A DNA stretch of 64,000 nt, from IMG/VR virus record IMGVR_UViG_3300042519_001698. One strand, given 5' to 3'. The notes beneath the pieces were generated by a model. The model worked only from the letters and a program-made list of their open reading frames with translations. It did no database searches and was not told the origin of the DNA. The translations under genes and the position numbers were made by a program. The stretch's first letter is position 1, and each line of letters begins with the position of its first letter. The stretch is from a virus. Positions 1 through 10,982 of the stretch are shown piece by piece.

Positions 1-680
1 AGTTGGGGTCTGAGTCGGCGTTTCGGTTGGGGTCTCAGTATTTGTAGGTGTAGGAGTATTAGTCGGCGTTTCGGTATTGGTTGGAGTTTGAGTTGGTGTT
101 TCAGTTTGTGTAGGCGTAGGTGTCTGAGTCGGCGTTTCAGTATTTGTTGGTGTAGGTGTCTGAGTCGGCGTTTCAGTTGGTGTTTCAGTATTAGTTGGGG
201 TTGGTGTATTGGTTGGAGTTTCAGTATTAGTAGGCGTTTGAGTTGGTGTCTCACTTGGTGTATTAGTAGGCGTTTGGGTCGGTGTTTCAGTATTGGTTGG
301 TGTAACCGTATTAGTAGGCGTTTGAGTTGGTGTCTCGGTATTAGTTGGTGTCTGAGTTGGTGTGTTGGTCGGTGTAATAGTATTGGTCGGCGTTTGTGTA
401 GGTGTACCTGTTGGGGTCCTTGATGGTTCTATCGACTGTACCAAAGTTCCAGTTGGTGTATGGGTTGGTGTAACGGTTGGTGTTTGTGTATTAGTAGGGG
501 TATTCGTTGGTGTTTGTGTATTAGTAGGGGTATTTGTCGGCGTAACTGTATTAGTCGGTGTCTGACTAGGTGTAACAGTCTGAGTTGGAGTCTGAGTTGG
601 TGTGGATGTATTGGTTGGTGTAGGTGTAGGTGTAGCCTCATTTGTTGGAGTCTGAGTTGGTGTTGGAGTTGGAGTTTCAC
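1..680 (-). repeat. Degenerate coding tandem repeat encoding (TPT/TQT/TNT)n
   Basis: The plus strand shows recurring gttgg/ggtgt/gtcgg units; the minus frame reads [10 protein letters not shown]... Confidence 0.9.
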
Positions 681-1308
681 AATTAACTGTCAATACTTTT
701 ACAACTCTATCCGTTGACCATGGTGCAATAAATTGTATTTCAATATTTTGTTCCCCTTGAGTACTAAATTGTTTTGTTACCGAACCATTTGATTCAATTG
801 AATTACTTGTTCCATCTCCCCAATGAATTGTAAATTCAGCATCAGCTAAAACACTAAGAGAACCATAATTTGTTGTGTTATAAACCGTAACAACATCACA
901 CTCCACATCGTAAGCAAAGTTTGCCGTTATTTTATTTTGTCCAACTTGTCCAATTTTACCGTCAAACGCATACATTTGACCCATCTCATAAGCACTAGAC
1001 TCTAAGAATATAGGTAACTGTGTATCATCGTAAATTTGTGAATTAATTTGTGATGTGGTTCCTGTTACACGATACCATGTAGAACCACTATACTTATAAT
1101 AACCTTGAACAAGATTATCTGTTGTTCCCGTTGTTGTATTGTAAACTACAAAACCTTGTGACGGGGTATATCCTGTTGGTAAATAACCTGTGTTATCTGA
1201 CCATGGAATTAAATTACCCTCATTATCATACCATTGTTGCGCAGATAAAGAAACCAATGCTAAATTTGGTATTTCTTTTCTTCGTATTTTATGTATGATT
1301 TTTTTCAC
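1..1308 (-). CDS. Virion-associated protein with a PKD-like segment and a long Pro/Thr (mucin-like) tract; partial, runs off the left edge
   Basis: Not in the ORF track. Manual translation from GTG at 1308 ([16 protein letters not shown]...[10 protein letters not shown]...[17 protein letters not shown]...) stays open in the parts read down to the left edge; TATTTATA lies 4 nt upstream. Confidence 0.85.
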   Translation of the reverse strand, partial: MKKIIHKIRRKEIPNLALVSLSAQQWYDNEGNLIPWSDNTGYLPTGYTPSQGFVVYNTTTGTTDNLVQGYYKYSGSTWYRVTGTTSQINSQIYDDTQLPIFLESSAYEMGQMYAFDGKIGQVGQNKITANFAYDVECDVVTVYNTTNYGSLSVLADAEFTIHWGDGTSNSIESNGSVTKQFSTQGEQNIEIQFIAPWSTDRVVKVLTVNCETPTPTPTQTPTNEATPTPTPTNTSTPTQTPTQTVTPSQTPTNTVTPTNTPTNTQTPTNTPTNTQTPTVTPTHTPTGTLVQSIEPSRTPTGTPTQTPTNTITPTNTPTQTPTNTETPTQTPTNTVTPTNTETPTQTPTNTPSETPTQTPTNTETPTNTPTPTNTETPTETPTQTPTPTNTETPTQTPTPTQTETPTQTPTNTETPTNTPTPTNTETPTETPTQTPT

Positions 1309-1312
1309 TTAC

Positions 1313-1320
1313 TATAAATA
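1313..1320 (-). promoter_or_regulatory. Candidate late promoter TATTTATA
   Basis: 4 nt upstream of the GTG at 1308. Confidence 0.6.
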
Positions 1321-1366
1321 AAGGTGTTTTAATATTCGGTGTTTATTATTTATCATTTGATTTTTA

Positions 1367-2980
1367 TTAATATGGACATGATGGACAGTTATTTTTTGAC
1401 GCATCACTAATTTGAGTATTACCCAATTCGTTAGTGTCGTTTGTAAATGAAACAACTCTATAACAATATCCAGCGCCACTCCATAACTGGTCACTACCAT
1501 CAAGAGTACCGTCAGTTTGTTGATCCCACCAAAAATTTGTTAAATTATTGCCCGCCAAATCACAAGGACCTCCGTTATAATCTCTAATTCTTTCTAATAT
1601 TACATATCTATATTGTGGTGTGATAGAATCATCAAGTATTGTAAATGTAGGTGTGAACGCAACTTCTCCTCCACGTACAGATGTGCTTCCTGTAAATATG
1701 GCCACAGAAAATGTTTGATCACCCTCAGTAGTCTCATCATCAACTGCAACTAAATCAAAAGTATACCCTGTGGGTGATGAAATAGTCGTTGCAGTATTAA
1801 GGTTTTCAAAATCTTCAACATTGGCGGTTCCTGATTTTTTACCCCACCAAATGTGCATACCTTCCGCACTCATATTTGTTGTTACAGTAACCGTTATAAC
1901 ATTACCAGGTGGTTGCTCACCTATTTGTGATTTATCAACCGTTGCAGTAAATGTTAATGAGGTTGGTGGTGTTCCAGAACTACCTGATGAACCACTAGAA
2001 CCTGATGAACCACTAGAACCTGATGAACCACTAGAACCTGATGAACCACTAGAACCTGATGAACCACTAGAACCTGATGAACCACTAGAACCTGATGAAC
2101 CACTAGAACCTGATGAACCACTTGTACCGGCGGATGTTCCGCCCTTTTCGTAGAACTTAACAGCGTTTATTGTTGTACCACTAACAGTACCCACTCTAGT
2201 TCCTTTAGTTATTCCATTGTAATTTGATATCTCGTATGTGTGATTTGTTCTATCAATATCAACTTGGTAATACATATCACTTTCTTCAGTAACCTCATAA
2301 TTTTGAGTGAATCCCGAATTTGTAAAATCAACAATGTTTCCGTTTTTGGCATTGTAAAATTTAGCAGTCATAAAAAATGTGTTTCCTGAAGTTGTACCAC
2401 TTAAGTTGGTTTCAATAAAAACATCTTCTTGTTCAAACCAAAACAAATACATGTTTTCTTTATTTTTATAATTGTTACCATTAAAGACAGGTAGATGTAC
2501 ATAACCACTTAATGTGTTATAAAACATTTTCTCACCCAACGGTAAGGATAAGTTTCTACTAAAAACTAATTTTCGATTTACTCTTGTAGGTGGTTCACAT
2601 GATAAAGTGTTTCCATTAACAACACCAGGAGTTTTATAAAATTCTAATCTAAAAAAACTATCTGTTGATTGTTTTAACATTAATTCATTTTCTCTTGAAC
2701 TAATATCTTGTGGTGTATAATCTTGGACATATGTTGATCCACTTAAAAAATAAAAATAAAACCAAATATCTGATTGTGTTATTGATGATTCACCAAAACT
2801 ATATGGTTTATGAATAAATCTGATAACATCATAATTCTCAATCGGATTTAAAATTTCATCTAACACTTCTCCTTCAAATTGTTGTAAATTTTCCTCTGAC
2901 CCTAAATTTGATAGGAAATCAGTTTCTACATTTAAAACTAAATTGATGTCGTTTGTGGTTTTAATAATTTTCATTAACAA
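1367..2980 (-). CDS. Putative virion structural protein with a (GSS)n linker and a C-terminal Calx-beta-like domain
   Basis: 537-aa ORF; GSSGSS tract; DFE...VDDETTEGDQTFSVAI resembles Calx-beta; lies in the baseplate gene run. Confidence 0.65.
   Translation of the reverse strand: MLMKIIKTTNDINLVLNVETDFLSNLGSEENLQQFEGEVLDEILNPIENYDVIRFIHKPYSFGESSITQSDIWFYFYFLSGSTYVQDYTPQDISSRENELMLKQSTDSFFRLEFYKTPGVVNGNTLSCEPPTRVNRKLVFSRNLSLPLGEKMFYNTLSGYVHLPVFNGNNYKNKENMYLFWFEQEDVFIETNLSGTTSGNTFFMTAKFYNAKNGNIVDFTNSGFTQNYEVTEESDMYYQVDIDRTNHTYEISNYNGITKGTRVGTVSGTTINAVKFYEKGGTSAGTSGSSGSSGSSGSSGSSGSSGSSGSSGSSGSSGSSGSSGSSGSSGSSGSSGTPPTSLTFTATVDKSQIGEQPPGNVITVTVTTNMSAEGMHIWWGKKSGTANVEDFENLNTATTISSPTGYTFDLVAVDDETTEGDQTFSVAIFTGSTSVRGGEVAFTPTFTILDDSITPQYRYVILERIRDYNGGPCDLAGNNLTNFWWDQQTDGTLDGSDQLWSGAGYCYRVVSFTNDTNELGNTQISDASKNNCPSCPY
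1983..2122 (-). repeat. Perfect 18-bp tandem repeat (cctgatgaaccactagaa), 7 full copies plus 14 bp, encoding SSGSSG
   Basis: Read directly; units start at 1983, 2001, 2019, 2037, 2055, 2073, 2091, 2109. Confidence 0.95.
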
Positions 2981-4797
2981 ATACCTTTAGTGTTATTTCT
3001 TGGGTTATTACTATCCAAGAAGTTTATTAGACCATCGGCCTTGTTTGTATAGTATCTTTCATTTCTTAAATAGAAATTAATATCGGCTTTAACATAATGT
3101 TGTCCATTGATAAAAGGAAAATCGGTTCCATTTCCATCAACATCAACATAACCATGGTCATATAAATCACGATATCTCCATAATTTATCTTGACTATCAT
3201 ATATTTTATTTTCAGGTATATTAAAAATATCTTTTGTATCTGAATTTTCAATATAGGGTGAAAGTTGTCTAAGTTTTATTCTATGATGTGGTTGATAATG
3301 TAAACCAAATGGATTATTCACCGTCGCACCCGAAAATCCATCTACATTAATAGTTTGTCCATAATCAAAAATTGTTGTTGGGTTTGTTATTTTTTGAAAC
3401 GCCTCACAAATAATTCTTTCTTTTAATTCTTTTGGGTTGTACTCAACAAAGGCACCAGTTAATACGGTTCCTTTTGATATTGTATTACCACTAGTGAATG
3501 TTATAGAGTCTCTCGTGAATGTAGTACCATTTCCAATTGTACTTTCATTTGATGTTGTACCACTAAAATGATTATCAACCCAACTATTATGAAAATTAAA
3601 TTTGTGTCCTACTTTTGGTGGATAATTAAAATAACCATTTCCATTTCTAAAAATAGTTGTTACATATATTTCTGTTGGTGTGTATCCTAAATTATTTTTT
3701 AATTCTGACGTAAGTTGAAATGGTTCCTTAAAATCAAATAGAACCGATTCAGGTCTATTTCTCTCAACTAACACGTCATTAATTCCCGCACTATTTTCAA
3801 ATATTATCTTTTTTTCATTTTCAAAAATTGGACTTTCAAATCCAACATTGTCCATTATATAATGACTACTATCTGTTAATGTTTTATGTTTATGTACATA
3901 ATACGATGATGTTGTGTTAGTTATATTATTAACATCCAATACCCTTTTACCTGTAAATAAAATTTTATTATCTGTACCAATTGTGATACCACTTTTAAAT
4001 GATGATTTTGATAAATTAATAACATATTTTTCTGAATCGTAGAATTCGTTTCCAACTGAATCAATTTGGTATGTTCTACCTGTTATTGCTCCCGTAAATG
4101 TTACACCTGATAATGTGATATATTCCCCTTGTTTCATCCCATGTTCAATAGGACTCGTTAATTCATAAAAATTACCAACCGTATAAGAAACTCTAAACGG
4201 TATTCCATCTCCTGATTTAAACGTTATTATATTATTACCGACAGTCTTTGTACTACCAGATAACGTATATGTCATTTGGTAATTAGAATCTCCACTATAA
4301 ACATATGATAAATAAAGATTCCAATTATGATATGGTGCCATCATTGTGGAAATCGATGTGTGACCTGTTGGTCCTGTGTAACTTAAATTACTATTAAAAC
4401 CAACTGTCGTTCCACTTACTGGTGTATTAATTTGTCTACGTAAATCTCTTCTTAAAAATGCAAACTCATCATATGGTAAAAATCCAGTAAATCTATTCGC
4501 ACCATCAAGTCCATTTGTTCCATCACCAGCCAAGTATAAATTTTCACTTAAATAATCGTAAGGAGTATCACCACTATACATGTTACGGAAGACCATTTTC
4601 ATCTTACCGTAAATTTTATAATCAATACTATCTTGTCTTTCTTTATTGAATAATTTTTCTAAATCTAAAACAATGTCTCTATCACCAAGTCTCATTAGGG
4701 ACTCGGACGATTCTAAATTAACTTGTAATGTTAAATCTTGTTCCTCGGCTTTCTTGTACCTTTTATTAGGTAATAATATTTCTTTATTCTCTTCCAT
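2974..4797 (-). CDS. Hypothetical protein, probably virion structural (Thr/Gly-rich beta segments)
   Basis: 607-aa ORF overlapping both neighbours by a few bases in the baseplate run. Confidence 0.7.
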   Translation of the reverse strand: MEENKEILLPNKRYKKAEEQDLTLQVNLESSESLMRLGDRDIVLDLEKLFNKERQDSIDYKIYGKMKMVFRNMYSGDTPYDYLSENLYLAGDGTNGLDGANRFTGFLPYDEFAFLRRDLRRQINTPVSGTTVGFNSNLSYTGPTGHTSISTMMAPYHNWNLYLSYVYSGDSNYQMTYTLSGSTKTVGNNIITFKSGDGIPFRVSYTVGNFYELTSPIEHGMKQGEYITLSGVTFTGAITGRTYQIDSVGNEFYDSEKYVINLSKSSFKSGITIGTDNKILFTGKRVLDVNNITNTTSSYYVHKHKTLTDSSHYIMDNVGFESPIFENEKKIIFENSAGINDVLVERNRPESVLFDFKEPFQLTSELKNNLGYTPTEIYVTTIFRNGNGYFNYPPKVGHKFNFHNSWVDNHFSGTTSNESTIGNGTTFTRDSITFTSGNTISKGTVLTGAFVEYNPKELKERIICEAFQKITNPTTIFDYGQTINVDGFSGATVNNPFGLHYQPHHRIKLRQLSPYIENSDTKDIFNIPENKIYDSQDKLWRYRDLYDHGYVDVDGNGTDFPFINGQHYVKADINFYLRNERYYTNKADGLINFLDSNNPRNNTKGIC

Positions 4798-7700
4798 TAT
4801 TCAGCTGGTGGGAACGCTCCCTTCGGACCAAATAGGTCAATAAATTTATCAAGCCCAGTTTTACCGGCTTTCAGTCCAAAATAAAATTGGAACGGTGTAG
4901 AAAGTATTTGTTTACTACCACTATAATAATCTGAAGTTGGTCTAATAATAAAATCGACATTGATTGTCCATGATTGTGTTGACCAACCTGTAGAACCATC
5001 GTTACCAGCGGGACCATTTCTTGTATATAATGTACCTACTGTTGGATTTAATATTGAACCACTTGTAACCGCTAAAACAGTGTATCCTGGATATTGATTA
5101 TTATAATCTTGTAATAATGTTCCAACAGATATTAAACTACCTGATTGTGTTTTACCTGTGATTACATCATCAAATTCAATTTGGTCTGTTGTGTTACCTG
5201 TAATTGTTAATCCGGCAAAATTATATGTGATGGGTAATAACAAATATTTGTCAGATATATCATCATATGTACCCGTATAAGAATAACCATAGGTCATACC
5301 TTGTAATGGTTGTGTTTGTATTGTGGTATAATCCCAAGATTGGTCATCTGAAGTTGCTTCATTTGTACCACCGAATCCTGTTCCCTTTTTATCCCATAAA
5401 TGAAAGGGTACAATTTGTGATGATTCTGTTAATCTTCCCGGTTCATTTAATGATGCCCTAACTCTTTCACCATCATCGTTAAATTCTAATGTAATTGGTG
5501 TTGCTCCGTAATAACCATTTGGTTTAAATACTTGTGGATATAAATCAGGGTCAAGTACTTGATATGAGTAACCCAAATATTTTGGACTTTGTAAATCAAA
5601 TGGTTCTATTCCAGTTTCACAATTTGTTGATATTAATTGTAAAATATCACCATCTAAAACATCACTAAGTTTAATTGATGAAAATCCTGAATTTGTAAAA
5701 AAATCTTTTAGTTCAAATTCACTATTACTAACATCTAATCTATAATTTATTGTTAATCCTAAAATCTCACCAAAGTTTTGATATGAAGTTGCACCAATTG
5801 ACCTTACAACTGAAGAATTAACATCTAAAGTTGGGTCTGTTGTTATTTCTTTTATAAATTCATCTCTTGGTCCTAAATCAACAAATGTGGTTGGAGTTCC
5901 GATTCTTTTATACACACTTGAATTACCGAACGTTTCAACTGATGGAACAAATGTTCCGTTAAATTTAGTTGACCTATAATAAAACCTTCCTTGTGTAACA
6001 ACAAATCTAACAACGTCTCTACAATATTTTGCAGTGTTTTCGTTTGCATTATTCACAGCATCGGACATTTTTTTAGCTTTAAATTGAAAGAAATATAATG
6101 AACCTGATAACCAATTGTCAATAAAAGCATAATTTACAATTCCACCACAAAACATTTTTCCAACTCTTTTTCGTCTTCTATATTCTATAAGGATATCAAA
6201 TAATCTTTTGTTAGATAATGAACCTGGTGTTATATAAAATCCTCCATTTGAAAATTCGCTATAACCTGATTTTGTTATTGGTGAATAAGATTCTCCTTCA
6301 TAATTTGTTGGTAATTTAAAATTAGTGGTATCGGATAATTTTGTTGCCGTTACGTCCAACCCTGGTGTGTATACTGTTGTTTCAGTTCTTCCTGTACCAA
6401 CATAATATATTGCAACTAATGATTCATTATATGGTACATCATAAAGTTCACAACCTGATTCAAGTGTAACTAAATTACTACTTGGGTTAGATGTTGCGTT
6501 TTTATCTTTAATAATTAAAGTATATAGTGATGAGTCTGAGAAAAAACCAGATGTATCATCAAAAAGTATACCTCCACTACCATCATCACTGAATGGTGTG
6601 TCATCTAAACTAATGTTATTACCATAAAATGAAATAACATAATCACTTTGTCTATTAATAAAATCATTAATATCAACTAATGGGCTTGCCGTACCAACAC
6701 AAATACCAACATCAGGAACTGCACTATTAAAATTAGCAGCATTTAAAATTCTATATGATTGATCTCCAGAACCCGTAATTTCTATCGTACCAACTTGACA
6801 ATATTCTGAACTTGTTGATGTACTACCTTGTATACCATATAAATTATTAGCATCATTACACTCTTCACATTCGGGATATGTTATTAGGTACAAAGCTCTT
6901 TGTGATGAATCTTGAATTCTATACGCAAATTTTCTAATAGATCTTGACAATCTTTTAATTGGGAAAAAATCAACAGCATCTGCAAGTCCATGAAATACTT
7001 TAGCAATGGTGTTAAAAAATGTTAATGTAACAACATTTATTAATTGTTCAAAAAACAATAATACGTCGGCAATTAATAATGTAAATGTATAATTCTTAAG
7101 TCCAAAATTCACAGGAGGTGTTAAATGATCACCACAATCTTCTTCTTCATTGGGTACTAATTCTTTAAGACCTATAAATCTATCTTTAGTGAATAGATTA
7201 TCATTATGATATGAACTTTGAAATGATGAAACAGTATAAACTTTATTATAATTAAATCTATAGAAATAATCTTTCGGAAAATACTTTCCATTTTCATTAT
7301 ATAAAATCCCTAATGACCCGTCATTACTAACTGCAGTTGTTGGATAATCAGCCCAATCTAATGACCATGCATACGATTTATCATCTATAGTCCAAGTAGT
7401 ACTATTATATGAACCATACTCTCTAATGTTTGGAATTAAAAAATCAGCGTTTTGTCTAACTCTTGATAAATCATTATCATTTATGTTAATTCTTGCTCGA
7501 TAACATGCGGAAGTCGCAACTCCTTTATTTGGGTCATTTGTTATTTCATTTTCACCAAACTCGTTAGTGTAAATGAAATCCATATTCATTTCCAAAGGAA
7601 TTACAAAACCACCATCATCTGGAACATCTTCATTAAGAATTACCTCCTCTAAGACTGGTTTATTATTTTCATCTTTAACCGGTGTGAATCTAATTAATTC

Positions 7701-8570
7701 TACTTTAGCCGATTTGGCAAGTAAGTCACACTTACGTCCCATCTTAGCCCTTGGTACACAAGTTTTACTTATTGAATTTTTTCCACCGTCAGTGTAAACT
7801 CCTCCGATTAAATATGCTTTAGGTTTTATAGTGACACCTCTTTCTGTCAAATCAAAATCAGTTCTTGTTAAACCAATTTCACAATAATCTTCATTACCCC
7901 AAAATGGATATACTTCAATTGATTTATTATATGAAATAATTTGAGGAAGGGTTATTAAATCTTCTGAAGATTTAAATTTGTATTTGTTTTTAAATTTATC
8001 AACACCAGCACCTTGTCTCATTAAATCATATGGTCTTAATGAAAACGCTCCAATGTCTGATAAATCTACATCGACATGTAATGTTTGGTTACCTAATGGT
8101 ACACCCCAAATCATAAAATCACCAGCCTCATTAGTTTTAACCGTATAAGAATAATAGGTTTCGAAAACCTCCAAAATTTCTTCTCTTGTTAAAATATCGG
8201 TTTGGTCAAAGAACGTACCTGTTGGTTCATGTCCTCCGTGTTGTTGTCTAGATGGTAATAAATTGTATTTGTAACCCGCCTCATTTTTGTCATCAGCCTC
8301 TTTATATGGATATAAAGCTGAAATTACGGGGTCATTTTTGTGTTCGTCTTTTAACGGAACAAATATTGAAACTCTTGCATTTGGTATACCTAAACCATTG
8401 TTAACCGAAATCCTACCACAAACAACACCATAATCTGAGCAAAACGAGGCGTACGCGTCTTTCTGACTGAACTTTAAAGATAGAATTTCTAACAATTCAT
8501 AATCTTGCTTTAGTTCGACGGTAATCTTGTTGTCCTTACCAACGTTGGTTAAAATTCTATGTTTTTGCAT
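4797..8570 (-). CDS. Large putative virion/baseplate protein with an N-terminal carboxypeptidase-regulatory-like (Ig-like) domain
   Basis: 1257-aa ORF; GVVCGRISVNNGLGIPNARVSIF...TNEAGDFMIWGVPLGNQTLHVDVD pattern; follows the gp6-like gene. Confidence 0.6.
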   Translation of the reverse strand: MQKHRILTNVGKDNKITVELKQDYELLEILSLKFSQKDAYASFCSDYGVVCGRISVNNGLGIPNARVSIFVPLKDEHKNDPVISALYPYKEADDKNEAGYKYNLLPSRQQHGGHEPTGTFFDQTDILTREEILEVFETYYSYTVKTNEAGDFMIWGVPLGNQTLHVDVDLSDIGAFSLRPYDLMRQGAGVDKFKNKYKFKSSEDLITLPQIISYNKSIEVYPFWGNEDYCEIGLTRTDFDLTERGVTIKPKAYLIGGVYTDGGKNSISKTCVPRAKMGRKCDLLAKSAKVELIRFTPVKDENNKPVLEEVILNEDVPDDGGFVIPLEMNMDFIYTNEFGENEITNDPNKGVATSACYRARININDNDLSRVRQNADFLIPNIREYGSYNSTTWTIDDKSYAWSLDWADYPTTAVSNDGSLGILYNENGKYFPKDYFYRFNYNKVYTVSSFQSSYHNDNLFTKDRFIGLKELVPNEEEDCGDHLTPPVNFGLKNYTFTLLIADVLLFFEQLINVVTLTFFNTIAKVFHGLADAVDFFPIKRLSRSIRKFAYRIQDSSQRALYLITYPECEECNDANNLYGIQGSTSTSSEYCQVGTIEITGSGDQSYRILNAANFNSAVPDVGICVGTASPLVDINDFINRQSDYVISFYGNNISLDDTPFSDDGSGGILFDDTSGFFSDSSLYTLIIKDKNATSNPSSNLVTLESGCELYDVPYNESLVAIYYVGTGRTETTVYTPGLDVTATKLSDTTNFKLPTNYEGESYSPITKSGYSEFSNGGFYITPGSLSNKRLFDILIEYRRRKRVGKMFCGGIVNYAFIDNWLSGSLYFFQFKAKKMSDAVNNANENTAKYCRDVVRFVVTQGRFYYRSTKFNGTFVPSVETFGNSSVYKRIGTPTTFVDLGPRDEFIKEITTDPTLDVNSSVVRSIGATSYQNFGEILGLTINYRLDVSNSEFELKDFFTNSGFSSIKLSDVLDGDILQLISTNCETGIEPFDLQSPKYLGYSYQVLDPDLYPQVFKPNGYYGATPITLEFNDDGERVRASLNEPGRLTESSQIVPFHLWDKKGTGFGGTNEATSDDQSWDYTTIQTQPLQGMTYGYSYTGTYDDISDKYLLLPITYNFAGLTITGNTTDQIEFDDVITGKTQSGSLISVGTLLQDYNNQYPGYTVLAVTSGSILNPTVGTLYTRNGPAGNDGSTGWSTQSWTINVDFIIRPTSDYYSGSKQILSTPFQFYFGLKAGKTGLDKFIDLFGPKGAFPPAE

Positions 8571-8583
8571 GATTCTTATAATA

Positions 8584-8607
8584 AATAGAAACGATCGGGT
8601 TTTCTAT
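8584..8607 (-). terminator. Hairpin downstream of the gp6-like gene
   Basis: AATAGAAAC-6 nt-GTTTCTATT, a 9-bp stem followed by a U-rich run on the minus strand. Confidence 0.5.
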
Positions 8608-8627
8608 TATTATAACGAAAAAACATT

Positions 8628-10460
8628 TTAATATGTAGTCGTTCCTAATGTTTTAGTTCTAACTTTGATATCGACATTTGGGAATCTAATTTGGTAAATT
8701 TGGTTAGATTTCATAAAAATAGTCATGTCACTCTGTTGTATCTCTTTGGTACTATCATTTACGTATGATTGTGAAACTTCAGCAGATGAATATTGGCCAC
8801 CGATTTTATTGAAAACTCTAACATCAATTACGTTGATTACACCATTTTCTTGACCAACTTGTCTAATCAAATCACCAACAAATAACGGGTCTCCCATCTT
8901 TCTTTTATCAAATGAGAAGAAATCAATCGTATTGTTAATTGTTGTTTTTATGATATCAGAAGGGTTTTCATTTTTATCAATAATCAAATCAATTTCCAAT
9001 CCTAAGTCTATAACCTCACCATTTGCAATATCTATGTAATCATTTATCATTCTATATTCAGATAGATAATTAATGATATTATTTTTTAATGTGTTAGAAA
9101 CTGTGTCAGTTAAATTACCTTTATCATCATATGATAATATTTTGATTTTAACCTTATTATCTTCTTCCATGACGTTTACCTTAGCCGGTGCTCCGAAAGT
9201 CGATGGCATGACCTCTATTAACGATTTATAGTCATTTAATGTAACCGCCCTATCTTGTGCTGCGAAATTATATGAAATCATATTTCTTAATTCCTCAATT
9301 GTTGGTTGGTCAGCACCACCTACCGCAGGTGTGATATTAGTAACTTTTAAAGATTGTATGACTTGAGTGTTTGTTGAACTAACAGGTCCGTTTACATTGA
9401 ATTCGACAGTATCAATACTGTTTACGACGTTTACACCTACGTTTGAATTTTTACCACCACCAATTCTGTATTTTACGAATAATGTTGTATCTGTTTTTGG
9501 TACTGCACCTAATGATAAATTGTTTAAATAACTCGCTAAATTCACTTTTAATTGACCCGTCATGTAATTATCCAAATTATCTAATGGATTAACAGTCCCA
9601 GAACCAAATATCAATGAGAAATATCCTTCAGGTGTATATTCAGTTATAAACTTATTTGTAACGTCTTTGTAGACTCCAGATTTAAAATTATCCTTATCTG
9701 AAACCGCCGTTGAATCGGGTATAAAAACTCTATTTTGTATTAAACTTTTAACTTCATACCACTTATTTGTGGTTGTTAAAAATTCACTTGGTGTTGGGTT
9801 TGCACCAAATGACGTACCCTCTTTATGTATAATTGAAACAACACCTAAAACATTTTGTTCAGGTAAAAATAACTTCAAGAACGGTTTTTGATCTGTTTGA
9901 TTTATAATTTTTCTATATATTTTACTAACACCGTTAACAACCGCATCTCTTTTTGTGATTGTGTAGGAAACTAAAGTGTTATTTGCATTAAAGTTTGGTA
10001 TTTTAAGTCTATTTGGTTCCCCTTTAGTGTTAAATGGACTAGAGAAATCAATATCCTCTAATGTTTCAAAAACTTGTCCACCACCTGAAACTTGAGCTCC
10101 TGTTTTTAAAATACCCAAATATCTTTCATCTTCCTTGTCTCCTCTAACAGGTACATTTATTGAGAAATCACACAAACAAACCGATGGTCTGTTACCGGGT
10201 ATTTTAAGTCCGTAGGTTTTTGCAATGTGATATAACGATTGTCTTTGTTGAGCAAAGTCCAACATAGTTTCTTGCCAAACCCTATCAATGTGATAATGTA
10301 AGTTATCGGTAACAGCCGCGTTTAAATCTAACAATACAGAATATATTGACGCATCATTGGTGTTTTTAACCAAATCAGGATAATATTGTTTAGTTAGGTT
10401 TACTAATTCCTGTCTTAAACCCGCAAAATCACGGGTTGCATATGATATTTTTTTACTCAT
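8628..10460 (-). CDS. gp6: Baseplate wedge protein, T4 gp6-like / baseplate J family
   Basis: N-terminal RDFAGLRQEL; GG AD...IEELR...AQDRAVTLNDY motif; adjacent to the gp25-like gene. Confidence 0.85.
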   Translation of the reverse strand: MSKKISYATRDFAGLRQELVNLTKQYYPDLVKNTNDASIYSVLLDLNAAVTDNLHYHIDRVWQETMLDFAQQRQSLYHIAKTYGLKIPGNRPSVCLCDFSINVPVRGDKEDERYLGILKTGAQVSGGGQVFETLEDIDFSSPFNTKGEPNRLKIPNFNANNTLVSYTITKRDAVVNGVSKIYRKIINQTDQKPFLKLFLPEQNVLGVVSIIHKEGTSFGANPTPSEFLTTTNKWYEVKSLIQNRVFIPDSTAVSDKDNFKSGVYKDVTNKFITEYTPEGYFSLIFGSGTVNPLDNLDNYMTGQLKVNLASYLNNLSLGAVPKTDTTLFVKYRIGGGKNSNVGVNVVNSIDTVEFNVNGPVSSTNTQVIQSLKVTNITPAVGGADQPTIEELRNMISYNFAAQDRAVTLNDYKSLIEVMPSTFGAPAKVNVMEEDNKVKIKILSYDDKGNLTDTVSNTLKNNIINYLSEYRMINDYIDIANGEVIDLGLEIDLIIDKNENPSDIIKTTINNTIDFFSFDKRKMGDPLFVGDLIRQVGQENGVINVIDVRVFNKIGGQYSSAEVSQSYVNDSTKEIQQSDMTIFMKSNQIYQIRFPNVDIKVRTKTLGTTTY

Positions 10461-10461
10461 C

Positions 10462-10911
10462 TTAAATGTTTAATATTACAAAATCTGAAGTTGAAAATGC
10501 TCCATTAGTTACTGTGTATTCAATTTTTACTTTGGCAGTATATGGTTTGGTTGAATGGTCGGAAACCCTGAATAGTCTTTCATCTTCCATCATGTTAAAT
10601 GTGGTTGTTTCATCGGGGTCATCCTCCGCGGACATGACATTAATTGATGTGATATCTAAATTAGGGATATAGGTTTTTACCGTCTCTCTAATCTCACTTT
10701 CAATCAATCCGAATGTTACCATATCGTTTTGGTCGAAGATAAATTGATATAAACGGGTACCAAAATCAGGTAAGAAATATCTACTACCTTTTCTTGTCAG
10801 TAAAAGATGAATTAGGTTTCCTCTAATCTCTCTTTCTGCCTCTCCTGTCATTTTTAAAAACTTTCCTTCTAAACTATCTCGGAAAGGAAAATCTATACCA
10901 TATGTCGCCAT
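10462..10911 (-). CDS. gp25: Baseplate wedge subunit, T4 gp25-like
   Basis: GIDFPF...NLIHLLLTRKGSRYFLPDFGTRL motif typical of the gp25/GPW family. Confidence 0.9.
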   Translation of the reverse strand: MATYGIDFPFRDSLEGKFLKMTGEAEREIRGNLIHLLLTRKGSRYFLPDFGTRLYQFIFDQNDMVTFGLIESEIRETVKTYIPNLDITSINVMSAEDDPDETTTFNMMEDERLFRVSDHSTKPYTAKVKIEYTVTNGAFSTSDFVILNI

Positions 10912-10914
10912 ACC

Positions 10915-10922
10915 TATAAATA
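10915..10922 (-). promoter_or_regulatory. Candidate late promoter TATTTATA
   Basis: 3 nt upstream of the gp25-like start. Confidence 0.6.
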
Positions 10923-10952
10923 TAAACTAATATAAAATGGTAATAAATAAAA

Positions 10953-10974
10953 AAATCCAGCCGAAGCTGGATTT
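10953..10974 (-). terminator. Rho-independent terminator of the replication/nrd operon
   Basis: Minus strand AAATCCAGC-TTCG-GCTGGATTT followed by TTTATTT; cUUCGg tetraloop. Confidence 0.85.
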
Positions 10975-10982
10975 AAATTAGT

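Noticed and set aside
88-717. ORFs 88-423, 362-565, 460-717 (+) and 429-680 (-)
   Set aside because: Shadow frames of the Pro/Thr repeat; their composition (W/C/S/R, V/G or L/Q/H runs) is the off-frame reading of the real minus-strand gene 1-1308.
1770-2153. Plus-strand ORF with EPDEPL repeats
   Set aside because: Antisense shadow of the (GSS)n VNTR inside the 537-aa gene.
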